Shown one piece after another: positions 1 to 13,911 of a DNA stretch of 64,000 bases. How positions within the stretch are numbered: the first letter of the stretch is position 1; every line of letters starts with the position of its first letter. The translations under genes and the position numbers were made by a program. The stretch lies in assembly GCA_965153455.1 (NCBI GenBank), contig OZ234493.1, positions 7,988,213-8,052,212 of the forward strand, written 5' to 3'. Origin of the DNA: Sphagnum compactum. Its lineage: Eukaryota. The notes under the pieces are model-generated. The model was not told the origin of the DNA. It made no database searches and saw only the letters and a list, made by a program, of their open reading frames with translations.

Positions 1-240
1 AATTCCGCACCAAAACAACGAGCGAAAAACAAGGAGAGAGAGTGAGAACAAACGACCGAGCCTACATGGAGTCCGAGATTTCCGATGCCGAAGACGTGAA
101 CAGGCGGATGGAACAGGAAGATGAGGGCAGCGCCGCGCACAAGGGCAAGGGTTTCCGCCATCGCTAGGGACAGAAGAGAGAGGGACGAGAGACTCCAGGG
201 GCAAGGTCCCCTATTGGGAAAGCAACGGAGCAGAATGGGG
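1..240 (-). other. Probable 5' end (first exon or leader) of a gene running off the left edge of the window
   Basis: GC- and CpG-rich island unlike the CpG-depleted surroundings. A minus-strand ATG at 161 opens MAETLALVRGAALIFLFHPPVHVFGIGNLGLH..., followed by GT dinucleotides and a CT/T-rich intron-like tract. Product not recognisable. Confidence 0.3.
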
Positions 241-2719
241 AATTGCCGTTGTTCTGTTATTGCTTTTGATCGTTGTTTGTGGGACCCCGACGACGCATTC
301 TAAAAGTTGTAGCTGAGAACAACTGTTCAAGAAAAATTCCTTCCTTCTTCGCAATCTCCAAATGTTGTGCTTTCTGATATGAAAAAGGAAATCAATCCTT
401 CGTCGCATCACCAAATGTCCCACAACGTATGTCATGCTTTCTGACATTGATGATCACAACTACTGCTTTGAGGCGCCAAATCGCTCCAGTTCTGATCACA
501 ATCAATCTGCTTACACGATTCAGAAACCTGCTTTACTCGAAGCACACAATTCAGTTCTGGATGTCCAATTCAATCTGTAAGATGTCCGTGATGTGTTGTT
601 GTTGTTGCCAATTTTCTCTTCACAGCAAGAGTCTGGTGTGTTGGACGAGCAGGAATGGGCAAATGCCAGCGATAGGTACACCATCTCTTTTTATTGAAGC
701 CGAGTCTGAACTGCAACTGGGAGTGGCTCGGCACTCACGCTCTTTGTATTAAGGATTTAAAGGATTCTTCCCAGTAAAACTTGCAACTAACTCATAGGCA
801 TCATCAGCTATGTCCAATATCAGAGAAGAGCTTTGCCAAGTATTCACTTGTTTGTTCTTTGATGGACGTGTTTTGCTGGTGTTGTTCGTTGAGATTGTGA
901 TAGGAGAATTTGTTGTCTGTTTCAGGGTTGAGTGTAGTGCAACTACAAAAGGCTAGCTAAAAGCCAATTGTTGGCCTCAGGTGGTTTTCCTTTGTGGCTG
1001 AAGTTTTGCATCTTGATTTCTACCTGGAATTGTTTGTCATGGTCTCTTTCTATGCTGAGCTTCATCTTGTTCAATTATATATTTCTAGAGTTTGCAACTG
1101 TGCCAAAGCTTCCTGTCAACTTCTACTTTCTTGACAGATGCAAGAACCATGAGAATTGAGACATTTCAAGCTCTCCCATAATCCATAGTGCTTATGCAAG
1201 ATCTTGCTATTTAGAATTGTTAGGAAGCATCTATTGTAACTCCACAACATTCTCAGCTGACTATCACAGTACTCTCTCTCTCTCTCTCTATGTTGAGCTT
1301 CATCTTGTTCATTGAATTCATTTCTAGCATTTGTTTTGCACTGTTACATAAGAAGGAAAAGCTGTCTTCCTCTCAATTGCTACTCTCTTTCACAAGTAAG
1401 TCCTCTTCACTCATTGTATTCATTTCGTTTTAGCAAGTCCTTCTTTGAGTTGTAAGGAGTTGGAGTCCTACAGGAAACGTATTCTTTGCTTGGGAGGAAT
1501 GTGCAAAGATCATCATACTAGTAATGGCTTCAGATCATTGTAGGCTTGGAACCCTTGCAAGTTTGTTGTGGATAGTTTGCTCTTGTAACTTTTGTAAGGT
1601 CATAGTGGTCAAATACCTCCCACCAGAACCAGCGATGGTCGTGCCATACACCCAGAAGCTGTTATCTTCTGGAAGGGCTTTTGTCTTCCATGCAAAAGCA
1701 GCATCCACCACAGTTAACCATGCCTTGTCTCAAGGTGTGTTTATATTATTATGAATTCTTCGCACGACGATTTTTATTATTCATATCTGTCAGTGCCTTG
1801 CGCCCTGTGAACCGAGGGTGGTGGAATTGCGCTGTGTAAAGGTGCCCTCAATTTTCACTATGGAACCTCTCTGAAGTCGTTCCAACTAGTGGAGGAAGTG
1901 TACTCATTCATCCTCCTCATGTCTATGTCTCTTGGCTCCTGCTAGCTAGCATCCTGAATAAGGTCTTCTTCCTGTTGCTTCTGGAAATGCAATAGAAACT
2001 CAGGACTTGGATTCTTGTGTAAATTTTGGCCAAAAATGTTGAGAGCAGATTAGAAACTTTTCTACACCAATTGTCAGGAACTGTCAATTGTCAACTACCA
2101 TGATCATCTACCATTGTCAACTACCATGATCATCTGATCCTTTGCAAATTTGGCACTTACAAGGTTATGACTGCACTTGTTTTGGTCATCTTTTGTTTTT
2201 AGTCTGGGCCAGAACCAACAGAATGGCTACCTTCAAAGTGTTATTGTGGAGTAGCAATTATGTAATATCAAGGAATGAGATACGTTGGCATTATGTGTTT
2301 GGGGTTGGCAAATTATGTCATTTTCTTGACCAAATTATATGACATAATCTTTTGGTGATGACTACTATACACTAGCAATAGTGACCAAAATGTGTTTATT
2401 GAACATGAATTAAAAAAAAGAACAACATTGAATTTTCCACCCCAGACCTTTCCCATTATGTTCGGTGCATTGCCTAGCTCACTCTAAAGGCCTTGCTTGG
2501 CACCTTACCCAACATAGTGGGTGGTGGTTTGACCATTGCATTATGTGTTAACTCATGAAATTTTCAAAAGTGAAGGAGACGAAATATGATTAATGTGGAA
2601 GGTGATAATATGAAATGCATGGTAATCACGTGTAAAAGGTACAAACTTATGAATGAATGAATTTTGTACAATTTTAATTATTAATTTATCACATGCTGAA
2701 TTTGTGATAACAAACCAAC

Positions 2720-3960
2720 TGCAAATGGTGTATTGCATTCAAATTGTTTCCCTATTTGGAACTAAAGTCCCTTTGAGCCAAGTAACAACATAGAAAATTT
2801 TCTTTATGAATCAACCAAAAATGAACACCTTAGTCCGAAGGTGAGAAGATCAATAGGTTAAGTGCAAATGTGAACCTCATTGTTGACCATCGAACTACAA
2901 TCCTCCAAATCTTTAGCTAATTACAAATCATCATGAAGAAGAAATAAACATATTATCTATTATATAATTACATAAGTACTTTAATTTATTTTGTGCACTT
3001 AGGGAAAAACCATGTTTTGGCCAATATTTCTTCCAATAGAGGCGTAAAACATCCCATATGGCATCCATTAGAACTTCAACCTCAAATCAACATAATGTTT
3101 GCCCTTGAAAATTACCATCACAACATACATTGTAAGCCAACAAGGATGACAACAAAAAATGAGTAAATTTGGCCATCCACATTAGGAAGCTGACTTAGTG
3201 CATAATTATGCACATGGTCCTTCCATGTTTGACCATCTTAACCTTTGGACAATAGCACTTAGCAAAGTAACACTTTCCGCACATGTAAAATAATACATCC
3301 CACAATCACATCCAATGTAATGAATATCATATACTATAGATGCACATAATTTCTAGATGACTTAAATCTACAAATTCAAAATCAACAACCACCTCCTCAA
3401 ATAATGACATAACACAACATATCTCGATGTCAAGTAATTGTCAAATTTTTCATAGCCATTGGCATTATACATCGGAACAAAAGTGTTTGTTGTTCACATG
3501 CTTGAAACCACACATTCAAATCATCCAGATTACTACCATATTTCGTCAGATTGAAGTTGAATTAGCTCATGGCCAAAGAATAGAAAATATGTTGAAAATG
3601 ATGTAATAGAAACTTGCCAACTAAACGTATACCCCAAAACTAACCATGGTCATTATAAATTTTGATATTTAATATGACCTTTTTGAAAGTCATATGTACA
3701 CACTTCATTTCATTGTCCGCACCATTTGTTCAACTAAGTCATTTGCTTTAATGGTTTCACGAATTAAACAATGATCGATTAGAATTTTTACACACATTTG
3801 AAATTTCCCACGAAATTTTGCATTTTGGTTCCAAGGGCACCAAACTTTTTAAACACTATGTTTATAATTGCAAACATAGTTCCCTTATTACTATGATCCA
3901 ACAATGGCACCAACTTTAGCTATTTTGAGAAATGCTCAATTATAACCAAAACATATTAAT
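2720..3960 (-). mobile_element. Degenerate Ty3/Gypsy fragment: integrase core and C-terminus, PHD finger and 3' region (same family as the 11.4-20.2 kb element)
   Basis: Minus-strand translation with stops and frameshifts gives YVLVIIEHFSK*LKLVPLLDHS...FQKGHI...PWLVLGYTFSWQ, then KDHVHNYALSQLPNVDGQI and GCHMGCFTPLLEEILAKTWFFPKCT (3066-2992). Downstream DNA aligns by eye with 19910-20190. Confidence 0.8.
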
Positions 3961-4899
3961 TGTCTCACTGGTGATGATTATGATCTTGTAAAATGTTCTC
4001 CCATTGAAAATGTAGTTCGACTAAATTTAATTTTTATCATCTTACAAAAATAAAATGAAAATTTAAAGTGAACGAAAATGGTAAATTATTATAATTACAT
4101 AAAAAATAATAATGTATCAACTGCATATTCATGATTTATAAAGTTTTCTTTATTTTAAAGGCCCAAATCAATTAGATATGTGATTTTTAAAAAAGTCCAA
4201 AATGAGTGAAATTTTACATGTTACTATTTTGATATTATATGTACAATTAGTTTTGGGACAAAACCCGAAACAAACTATGAACATTGTACCGTGGAAAAAC
4301 ACAATAAATTCAAAAAAAACATTTGAATGCAAGATAATTGATGTGCTTACATTATTTAGAATTCTTGTCAAAAATGGTTGTGCCAAACATTTCATTGTGA
4401 CTAGAGTTACAATGTAAGGAGAGAAAAAAAGGGGAAAGAAAATATTTCCTTACAGAGGAGAGGAAAAGAGGGGAAAACATATAAGGGAAACCTATAGGTA
4501 GGACATGGCTATGTAGCAAAGACTTAAGTAAGTATCCCTTTTTGGGGTGGTAGCTAAAATTGCATTGTTTGGCATAAATTTAAATTTTTTGAAGATCAAT
4601 GTTTGCTTAACACTAATCTAACACCAACCACGAGGTAGGATTACACATAAGATTTTATGTTAAATGTAACTTTGCAAGTATGAATCTAACCAAAAAAATT
4701 TTTTATCTCCCTGAACGTCGAAAATAAAATTGGAATATCACTATGTGTGATTTGCAGCATAAGAAAGGGAAGACAAATAATATTAACGAAGCCCCAACAC
4801 TACAATTTTCATACCTATGTAAAGATAACCACTTTAAGCATGGTTGTTCATCCACACCTTTGACTCCCCCATTTCAAGATGGTATTTTGAAATGGGAAG

Positions 4900-5500
4900 A
4901 TGGTTGTGAAAATTTCTAATTGTTGTGAAAATCTCGTGTATAATTGCATTCACTACAATTCATTTGCCACACCAACTATTTAATAGCTTGTTTTAATAGT
5001 ATTTTAAAGAAGGTGAATCCATTTGGGAGGCAAATGATGGTGGGATAGATTTTAAAGTGCAATATGAACCTATGGTAGATCTAAGAGGTACACTAGGATT
5101 TTTTGGGCATGGCTTGTACAATCTCATGTACCTCACTTTTTGGATGAGAGCATGGGAAAACTCATGGGCCATGGCTCAAGGGCATTTGTTTTTAGCATGA
5201 CCCAATTTGGGCCAAAGAATAAACACACGAATTTCCATGGCTTGTCTTTTCTTTGATCCTCGCAACCACCTTTATTTTGTCAAAAAAATCTAAACATTGT
5301 GCAAACAAAACTAGGAGTTTCTCTCCAAGAAAAATTTACATTCTCATCGTTACAAGGGATCCTTTGATGCAAAGGTTGTGAATTCCATCCTAGGAGTTGA
5401 AATGGATTATGATTGGACATTCTCAAAGAAGGCCCATGAATTTGAATTTTCAGCCATGGAAGGAGTCACCCACATTTGTTGAAATTTTACTTTCATTCTT
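4900..5500 (-). mobile_element. Possible retroelement gag/ORF1 relic with a degenerate zinc knuckle
   Basis: Minus strand 5232-5180 reads IRVFILWPKLGHAKNKCP, resembling the GHxxxxCP half of a CCHC knuckle. The surrounding frame is broken. Confidence 0.25.
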
Positions 5501-7097
5501 GTGATTGTGAGTAATCTTCATCATGTGGATAGCCTTCCACAACTGAAAAACAAAAAACTTGTGAAAAAAAAACTATAACAAATTGAACTATCAACAAACA
5601 ACTCTAGTGCAAAAAGCTTCAACATTATGAAGAGCTTAAAAAAAACAGAAAAAAGAAGAAGAAAAATAATCCTTTTTATTATTGTGTGTGAGCCTGAAAG
5701 AATACCCCAAGGGCCGAAGAACATTGTCTGTAGCAATTCACATAGGATTCCAATAAGTTTTTTCATCCAAGGTCATTTGCTTGGGCATGGGCCTCATGCT
5801 ATTCTAATGTAAACCCAAACTGACCATCCTTAACACTTTGAACCAATGAAGGATTTTATATTTTTTGATCACAAGCCCAAGCACTTTAGTTTAAATAGCC
5901 TTTAATCAGGTTTGAAAGTGGAAATTACCGTAGTACCTTTTCAGGTTCAACATGTCGCTATTGCATAATTATTTTATTTTGAAAAATTGATTTCAATGCA
6001 AAAGAAATATTTAAAAAAAAATTCGACAAAACTTCATTTAAATTTTAAAAATCCACATATTATTCATTACCAATGTTCCACACAAACATTTTGCTTCATG
6101 GCACAAGTTTTGCTTCCAAATCTCCCCTTGCAAGAAATATGGCACTAACCATTGGCATACCATCAGGCATTGAAAAGCAAAGTTTATTTTTTATGTTTAG
6201 TGCATACACAAAATTTAAATTAAAAAAAACATAAAAATCATGTGACAAAATAATGCAGTTCTCTACAAGGTTGCATTGTTAGGCCCATAGAAGATGCCGG
6301 ATAGAGCTCGTTATGAGGCTGTTTAATGACTAAGGAAAAAAAATTTAATAACTCAGAAATCCTATAAAATTTCGACTTCAATAAAACAATTATTTAAAAA
6401 AAATTCAGCAAGAAAGGACCTTAATTTTCTAAAATACAATATTGTAGTGAAATTATTCCAAGTGTAGCCTATGATAATCATGATGATTTTCAACATGTCA
6501 ACTTTATATTTTCACAAAATTTCATTTCATTATGTTGGGGATTATTTAATGACAAAATTGACCCTAGGGTAAGATATATATTTGAGCATCGATGGGTTCA
6601 AATGATCATCTTTGGAAGTTTTAAGGCATCTTAGCTAGTGGGAAGTAGGGGTTTTTTGATATAAAAAAATTGGCAAAAATCTCCCCAAAAATAGAAAATT
6701 ATTTGACTTTGCACTATTGGAAAATTCCAAAAAAATTATCAGAAAAAAAAAAACTGGTGCTAAGGTTTTCTAAAAATATTTTAGCATTTTTTCTTTTTTA
6801 TCATTTTCATTTTTTAAAATTTTGGGTTCAAACTTTGTGTGGTGATGCAATTTTGACCATGGGAAAGTGGACACGTCGACAAGAATAAGGAAATGAACTG
6901 GAAATTGATAAGGAACATAATAAACAATTTTTTTCCCCCAATGTTCCTCTATACATGCCCAACAACTTGTCAAGTGGCATTGGTGGTGATTCCTTTGTAC
7001 AACACTAGCAAACTTTTTTGCAACCTGAATGTGAGTGATTCTTAGAAAAACTGCCATCGTTTTGGCCGAGCACTTTAGCACAATTTGCGGAGCCTAA

Positions 7098-7262
7098 CAG
7101 GTGACACAGCAAAGCCTAACACCTGCTAGAGAAGAGTGTAATAAATATGATCTCACTGCTGCTCCCTGTTTTTCATTGGAGCCAGGTGACACAGCAAAGC
7201 CTGATACCTGCTAGAGAAGAGTGTAACAAATATGATCTCGCTGCTGCTCCCTGTTTTTCATT
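7098..7262. repeat. Tandem duplication, 2 x ~80 bp (period 85)
   Basis: CAGGTGACACAGCAAAGCCT...GCTGCTCCCTGTTTTTCATT occurs at 7098-7177 and 7183-7262 with few mismatches. Confidence 0.9.
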
Positions 7263-9199
7263 CGCGATCATAATGATTGGTTCAGGTGGTTTGCTTTCAG
7301 TAATCTCCTACCTATTTGCAGTCCCAGTTTTTGTTTTATTGTGGGGTTGGAAAAAAAAGAAAAAAACTAAACTTGGATGTGAGAAATATTTTTGTGGGTC
7401 ACATACTGAGCATCTGAGTGTTCTGCCAAATATGGTTTGCCCCGGCAAAGAGGGCACTTTTAGTGATCATGATGCTTTTGGCGACTTGAGTCATGATTTT
7501 TCAAACGAACATTAACTAACTTACCGAGAAATTTGATATTTTGAGCATTTTGAGGGAAACCCCCAATCTCAGTTGGACTAACTTATGTCTTTTAATTTGA
7601 AACCTCTAGTTCCAATCAGGAGTTTTTTTGTGCTGAAAAAAATTTCACCATTTTCTGAAAATAATTAGAAAAGGAAAATTCTGTCAAATTTTATCTTTAA
7701 ATTTTTTAAAAACATAATTTAAATTTTTTTTAAAATTCGCCAAAAATCACCACAACTGCCTACAACATGAAAGGTGCTTGAGGTTTTTCTACTTTCATAT
7801 TTTGAATATTACCAAGTTTGGTTAAATATTCCTACGGTTGATCACCACTTGAGCACAACCATAGAATTGAAAAAAAATTAAATTAAATGGTTCCAATCCA
7901 TTATCCTTTAAATTTTTGATGAACCCTGATAAAGTTCTAAGCTCAGGTTTTCACATTCCTAAACCCCCAATATTTGGCCATAAAAAATAATCCAAAGCAA
8001 GTTCAATTTGAAAACTGGGTCCAGTTTTTTCAGTGCACCTTTGGAGAATAATTACAATTTTTTGTACAACAAATTAAAAGTACAATAATACTGAAAAATA
8101 TAACTTAATTGGGACATTTTCAAAAAAATTATATATACAAGTTTCCTCAGAAAAATGGAATAAAACAAAAGTAAATAATCATTTCACCATCCAAAATCCA
8201 ATACATTTGATTTTTCCTTAGTTTCATGCTTGGCCCACAACTCCCAACAAAGACAACTCTGATTGAAACCCCTTTTGTAAACATAGAAACAGCCTCCCCA
8301 AATCCAACAACAAAAAAGTTTCCCAAGATTCATGTGGGTCAGAGCTAGAACGATCTACTTGGGACAAAACAACACTTTAAAGGAAAATTGTTGTGCAAGT
8401 TGCCCACCCACCAAGGCTCAACTTGGAAGATTCATTCCAACTACAAAAACACAAAAAAGTCTTGTCAATTGTCCCCATTCTAGGGCATTGATTTGTGGTT
8501 CAACAAAGATTTATATGACAATGAAACAAAAAAAAAAAACACAACAAAGGAAAGGGGAAGAGACAATTGAAAGAGAAAAATATGGGAATTCAATGAGAGT
8601 CTCTTCTTGTGTAGGCATGGCAAGTTGCTTAGAGATCGATAGCTTAGATAGCTAATCCTCTCACGTTTAAGGTGTTCTTCTTCATAGTGTTTTGTGGTTA
8701 GGTAGAACTATTGATTGGTAGCATTTGCAAAGCAATTCTATTGTGGAAAAGTGTTGCCTCCACTAGGGTTTTGGGTTTAAGACCTCAAGCTATTTGTCTT
8801 GGTGTAACCCAATCTTTTCTTCCCTTTCTATTTTATAAGAATCTTTGGTAGTAGCTCTTTTCTTGAGCTTTAATTGTTTGTTCCTTTTATCAAAGTGTTC
8901 AATGTTTGCCCCCTTGACAACTTCCAATGAATGACATACCTATCATACAAGGATCTCTCTAATCCCACCCAATAGCCCTACCACCTCTGCTCGAGTTAGC
9001 ATCCCTTTCAAGGAATCACACCTAGATGGAGGATGGAACAATTAGGGAATTGCAAAACGTGTTGGAAATTCTAAGGCAAGGCTTGTCATATTTAGTGAAA
9101 TACATCTCAAATTTCAAATCTTTGAACAACTTCCTAAAAGATACTATTGGAACCACATAGGTTTGATCTTCAAGGATCATCTTTCAATTTCAACTACCA

Positions 9200-10575
9200 A
9201 ACTAGACATGTTGGTGATCAAGAACAAAACTACTTATCATATAGAACACATTGTTATAGCAAGTTTTTTGGGAAGTAGATTGCTTAAACTTCATTTCGCA
9301 AACTAGATAACTTATTTCAACCTTCTAATTCCTATAGGAGGAACCAACCTCTTCATGGATGTGAGGATAAGTTTTTATTACATATATTCATTAAACATAG
9401 AGGCTACAAGATACATCATCATGTTATCCCCGTTTCAATTTTCCTATGTACAACAATCTTCCATATGTGGACCTCAACTTTCAACTTGGATTCTCTAATG
9501 AGACCTAAGTTGCCCATTTGGATTTCATCACAAACGTTGCCATTGGAACTAAAACCAATTGAGGTTGCCATTGTGGGTCAAATTGGATCAAGGCTCATTC
9601 ATGATTGGGGTTCCTAAAAAAATAAAAAAGATATCATGATTCTTTTAAACCCGGTTTTAAAAATAATATTTACATGAATCAAATTTGAGTGAATTTTTTT
9701 GAATGGTTCAAACTATGATAATTCATGTGGTGGTGAGGGTTTTTTCACATGTATAGATTGGTGTGCATACAAAGTTTGGTTCAAACCTAAAAATGTAAAA
9801 AATGTTTGAATAAGCTTGTATGGACAATTTGATTTTTTTTTGGCATGTTTATTTCTTGCACATGTGACCCACATTTCATATTACAAATTAAAAACCTAGT
9901 GAATACTAAAATTCAACCAAATGGCCCCAAAAAAATTCCTTCGTTAGTTTAGAAAAAATGTTGCTTGCAATTACTTTTAATTGCAAAAATTGTTTACAAA
10001 TGATAATTTTTCTTCTAGTGCTTACAACCCTAAACATTGAATTTTATTGCTTTCAAAATTCTCATATGATTTATTATGCAATCACATGCATTTAATGAAC
10101 ATGACCATCCATAGATGTAAACACTATTTATTTATAAAAACAATTTGACACCAATTGCATCACTTAATGCATTTCTTTTGATTCCTTTCATGAATAGGTG
10201 AAGTTTGAACACCTAATATAGTTAGTTTAAAAGACTCAAAATGACGTTTATATAGTGTCCAAACTATTTTTTAATATTCTTATTAATTTAACATGACATC
10301 ATTTCATTCATTGGCATATGACAATCCATTACAATAACAATGATGCAAATAGAAAAGAAGTCCAAAGTTGTCCTTTGGAATCCTTTAAAAATTAGGCATT
10401 CCTTTTTAATACCCCAACCATGAATGGACCCATTAGTGTTGGGTTTTGACATCACAAACAAATTCAAAAGGGTATGAGGTTTTGTATTATGTTAAACCTT
10501 AAAAAAGGTTGGGTTACAAAAGTGCACCTAGCAAACATTAATGAAATAATGGCACATATTTGTGTTGATTATGGG
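9200..10575 (+). mobile_element. LINE (L1-type) ORF1 relic, DUF4283-like, interrupted by a TIR element
   Basis: Translation gives IVIASFLGSRL...IFHMWTSTFNLDSLMRPKLPIWISSQTLPLELKPIEVAIVGQIGS | VLGFDITNKF...RFCIMLNLKKGWVTKVHL...ICVDYG, the W-x-P/PxWI-x-LPL/IG-x-VLG-x-D pattern of plant LINE ORF1. The frame is restored when 9591-10431 plus one TSD copy is removed. Confidence 0.6.
9591..10431. mobile_element. Non-autonomous TIR DNA transposon inserted in the LINE ORF1
   Basis: Imperfect ~22-bp TIRs: AGGCTCATTCATGATTGGGGTT versus reverse complement GGGTCCATTCATGGTTGGGGTA. Flanked by ATCA/ATTA. Confidence 0.7.
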
Positions 10576-11017
10576 GAAAACCCATCCTTGGGTGGTACCA
10601 TTAGGAACCACCCCACCAAATTCCAAGGAATGGTGGACCTAGTCTAATTTAATTAAAGAATTTTAATCTTTTAAAAGAAAGAAAATTTGAAAGCTGATTT
10701 GCACCACATGGGCTTTGTGTTCCCCATATATAATATATATATATGTAAATTTGTAAACACCTACATAAGTCAAACAAGTAAAAAATGAAATGTTCATGCT
10801 ATGATGATGGTGTTTTTGAAAATTTACACCCCTTATCATGAAGTGTCAAGTTGCACCATTTGTTTTCTTTTTGGTTTATTAATTATTGTCACTAGGGTAT
10901 GGCCCCAATTGTTGATTGAAACAAAAAAAATGGAAATTATCACAAATTTATAAACATGAATCCAATGGCCTTTCAAGACCTCTTAGTCTTTACCTTAGGG
11001 GGTTAATGTTGCAGATA

Positions 11018-11168
11018 CACTAAAAATGCCATTTTATGACTAGTCCTTATTGATTATGCGAATCGTTTATGGCCATTGTTATTGATTTGGATTTGTCGTC
11101 TATGCCATTTTTAATCGCTTATCCACTTGTAGTCATATAGGACTAATCATAAAATGGCATTTTTGGTG
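11018..11168. mobile_element. 151-bp MITE with CAC(T/C)A termini and TA flanks
   Basis: The left arm CACTAAAAATGCCATTTTATGACTAGTCCT pairs with the right arm AGGACTAATCATAAAATGGCATTTTTGGTG. TA on both sides. Confidence 0.85.
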
Positions 11169-11579
11169 TAATGTTTGAATTTGATAATCAGTTTTTTTTT
11201 GTTTGTCTATGGTAATGAAACCAAATTGATGGCTCATAAACCACATTTGGTGTCTTCATAATGTGCCTAAGTTTTGTTGGCCTTGTGAAATGTTTTTGTG
11301 CATGTAAATGACTTGAATTAGATCTAGGTTAAGCTCATAGGTTCAACATTTCAATCTATGGTTAGGGGTTGCCCATATTTAGGGTTAAAGTTTAGTATGG
11401 AGGTGAGACATGATTCCATAACAAAGGATATGGTGAAAGGCACTCGTGGGGTTATTAGGCAAGGTGTGATTCATACCACCCAAATTGCCATCATCATCTA
11501 AAAAAGATTCTTAAAATTTTAATTTGGATACAAGTTTGATCCAATTCACCATTCCATTGTTGTGGGACATGAAGGACAT

Positions 11580-12663
11580 TTGGGGAACCACCAAGGGTTT
11601 CATTGATATTTGGAGTGGTGGGCACCATCAAGCTAGATGATTTCATCCAAGAATTTAACAATTAATTTGATATGAAATAGATACACAATCCTTAGATATT
11701 CACACTTTTCATGACATGGAAAAGTTTGTTTTAACATTTAAAAGGTTTGCCTATGGATGATTACCATGAATTTAGCCACACCCATGAGGTTAAAATCAAG
11801 GAATGGTAAGTGTACTAGTCATGAGAAATTATGTTCCCATCACCAAGGGTATTGTGGCCCCAAGTGCTATTATGATTTTGGTACAACAATGATAATTCCT
11901 AATAACCATTTAATTAATGGAAGTGAAATGTTTATGGAAATGGAAGTGTTAACTATACAACTATTGAAAGTGGTGGTACCAATCCTTTCAATAATACATT
12001 AGGTCTTTTGTAGACATTTGACTTATTGTGCAATTCTTTTACGAGTTGTGAAGAAATGAACAAAGGGTCTATATATAAAAACTATGTGGTTTATAGGAAC
12101 TCCAATGTAAACCACATGAAAGCTTGTGGGAGGCTTATGCCACAAATGAAGAGATTAATCACCATGACATAATAAGTCATAGAAAAATAATTTGTCTAAT
12201 TTTGGTATGGGATTCTAGATGAGGAGCTTCAATGTCAAGTGCATTATGTTATGTTACTCTAGCCCACACAACCCACATTGGCAAGTGTGTTTTAGTTCTT
12301 GGAATGTACCAAAATGAACATGGTGGGAGAATGTGTGATGATTCTTGGGTTTAGTAAAGACAACTTGAAGAATTTCTCAATATTAGTGGCTCAGTAGCCA
12401 TGTGGCCAAATAAAGTTACGGCACCAAAGACCAAGGGGCCAAATAGGAACCAAGTGATGCCTCCTCATCATATTCCATTGAGTAAAAGGGGGGAAATAAG
12501 TGTTGGAGGTGCGATGGACCACATAAAAAACATGAATTCCCTAATCCCTTTCAAGCCGCCAATGACCACCTCCAACCCTAACTTTAACCAACCATGTTCC
12601 CATTGCTATACATATGGACATGACGAAGATCACTATTTCACATTGCATCTGGAATTACAATAG
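11580..12663 (+). pseudogene. gag relic with a degenerate CCHC zinc knuckle
   Basis: LDDFIQEFNN*FDMK...WKSLF*HLKGLPMDDYHEF, then PCSHCYTYGHDEDHYF (C-x2-C-x4-H-x4-[C>Y]) in ORF 12400-12663. Confidence 0.6.
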
Positions 12664-13710
12664 GGCTAGTAAAAACTTGCCAATGTTAATAAAAATCAAG
12701 GTTTTAGGATAGGTCAAAAAAGGAAAAAGGTGATCAACAAGGGGTCAATGACCAGGTCAAGTCCAAACTAGTCTAACACCATGGAGGCATTTCCCCACTC
12801 GTAGGTTTTAATCACAAGCATGGTAGCCCAAGTGAAATTTAATGCATTAAGGTTAAGGAAATCAAATGAAAGAAAAAACAACCCATGTTTTAGTTCAAAT
12901 GTTGACCTTGGATAATTTTTGTGGAGTCAAATTTTAGGCCCATTGGCTCTTGATGAAAGGACATCCAATATTTGAAGAGATCGTGTGTTTAAGGTAGTGA
13001 GTGGAATCCATGTCAAAGTTTCAAATCCAATCAAAATGCTTTCAATGGTTGCACTAATGACAAGAATTGATATTCAAGCACTAAAACCATGAGGCATTGA
13101 CAAAAAATTGTATCCTTAACACGGGGAGGCTCAATGTTAAATGTGCTTATCCTAATCATTGGTAGACATAACACTTAACCTTATGCAGGCGTTGATTTCT
13201 ATTGAAATGTTAGTGATGTCAAGGAAAACACCTAGTTCAAGTTTTCTAGTGTAGGATGAAAGTTTCCGTTTTGTAGAATTGAATTACATTACATCGTACA
13301 ACTTCTTGTTGCATAAAGTTAGCAAAGTAGTGATTTCAAGTTTCAGCCACTCAATCATACCTCCTTTTCGATGAAGAAAAAATTTGAATTGATAAAGGAG
13401 TAACTAATAGTTTATAAAAACTTTTTTTTTTTTATAAACTAATGTTATAATAATTCGTTCTTGGATTAAAATTTAGTTGGGAAGAATGACATTTGAAATC
13501 ACGATTTCTGGCATGAGAAATCAACACTTTAACCAATTAAACTCTTTTTCCAAACATAATAAATCATCATAGATAATTTATCATGATCTTTTCATTAGAT
13601 TGGCTATATATGTTAGTATAAATCCAAAAGTCAAAATTATTTTTCCCAATTTCATTCAACTTTTACAAGGAAGAAAATGACATGAAGTCACAAGGTTAAT
13701 GTGGCTAATA

Positions 13711-13911
13711 GCCCTGCGCAATAAGGCAGTGCGGCTTTCTTTGCATCAAAAGGCACTTGGCAATAAAAAGGTTAGGCAACTTGTGACCTTGCATGTTTTG
13801 GTCCCATTATTGCATAATGACATCAAAACATGTGAGTCTAGATTTTTTTTAAGGCAAAGCCTTTCAACTTCTACTTACTATGTCAATAGAACCTCACTCC
13901 TTGTGTGGAAC
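13711..13911. mobile_element. Possible small TA-flanked MITE nested in the Gypsy element
   Basis: TA|GCCCTGCGCAA ... TTGTGTGGAAC|TA. The termini are inverted repeats once C>T/G>A changes are allowed. Confidence 0.35.

Noticed and set aside
66-167. 33-aa plus-strand ORF MESEISDAEDVNRRMEQEDEGSAAHKGKGFRHR
   Set aside because: Too short to assign, and local base skew fits a minus-strand gene better.
400-2350. Short ORFs and splice-like signals near the left end
   Set aside because: No recognisable protein motif or consistent exon chain could be assembled.
10580-11425. Candidate 5' LTR ending ...CCATAACA
   Set aside because: No convincing matching 3' LTR, PBS or TSD was found.
13100-13130. ILNTG as a decayed aspartic-protease D(T/S)G site of the Gypsy element
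   Set aside because: Flanking residues do not support a protease fold. The protease may be deleted or replaced by the insertions at ~13.3-14.1 kb.
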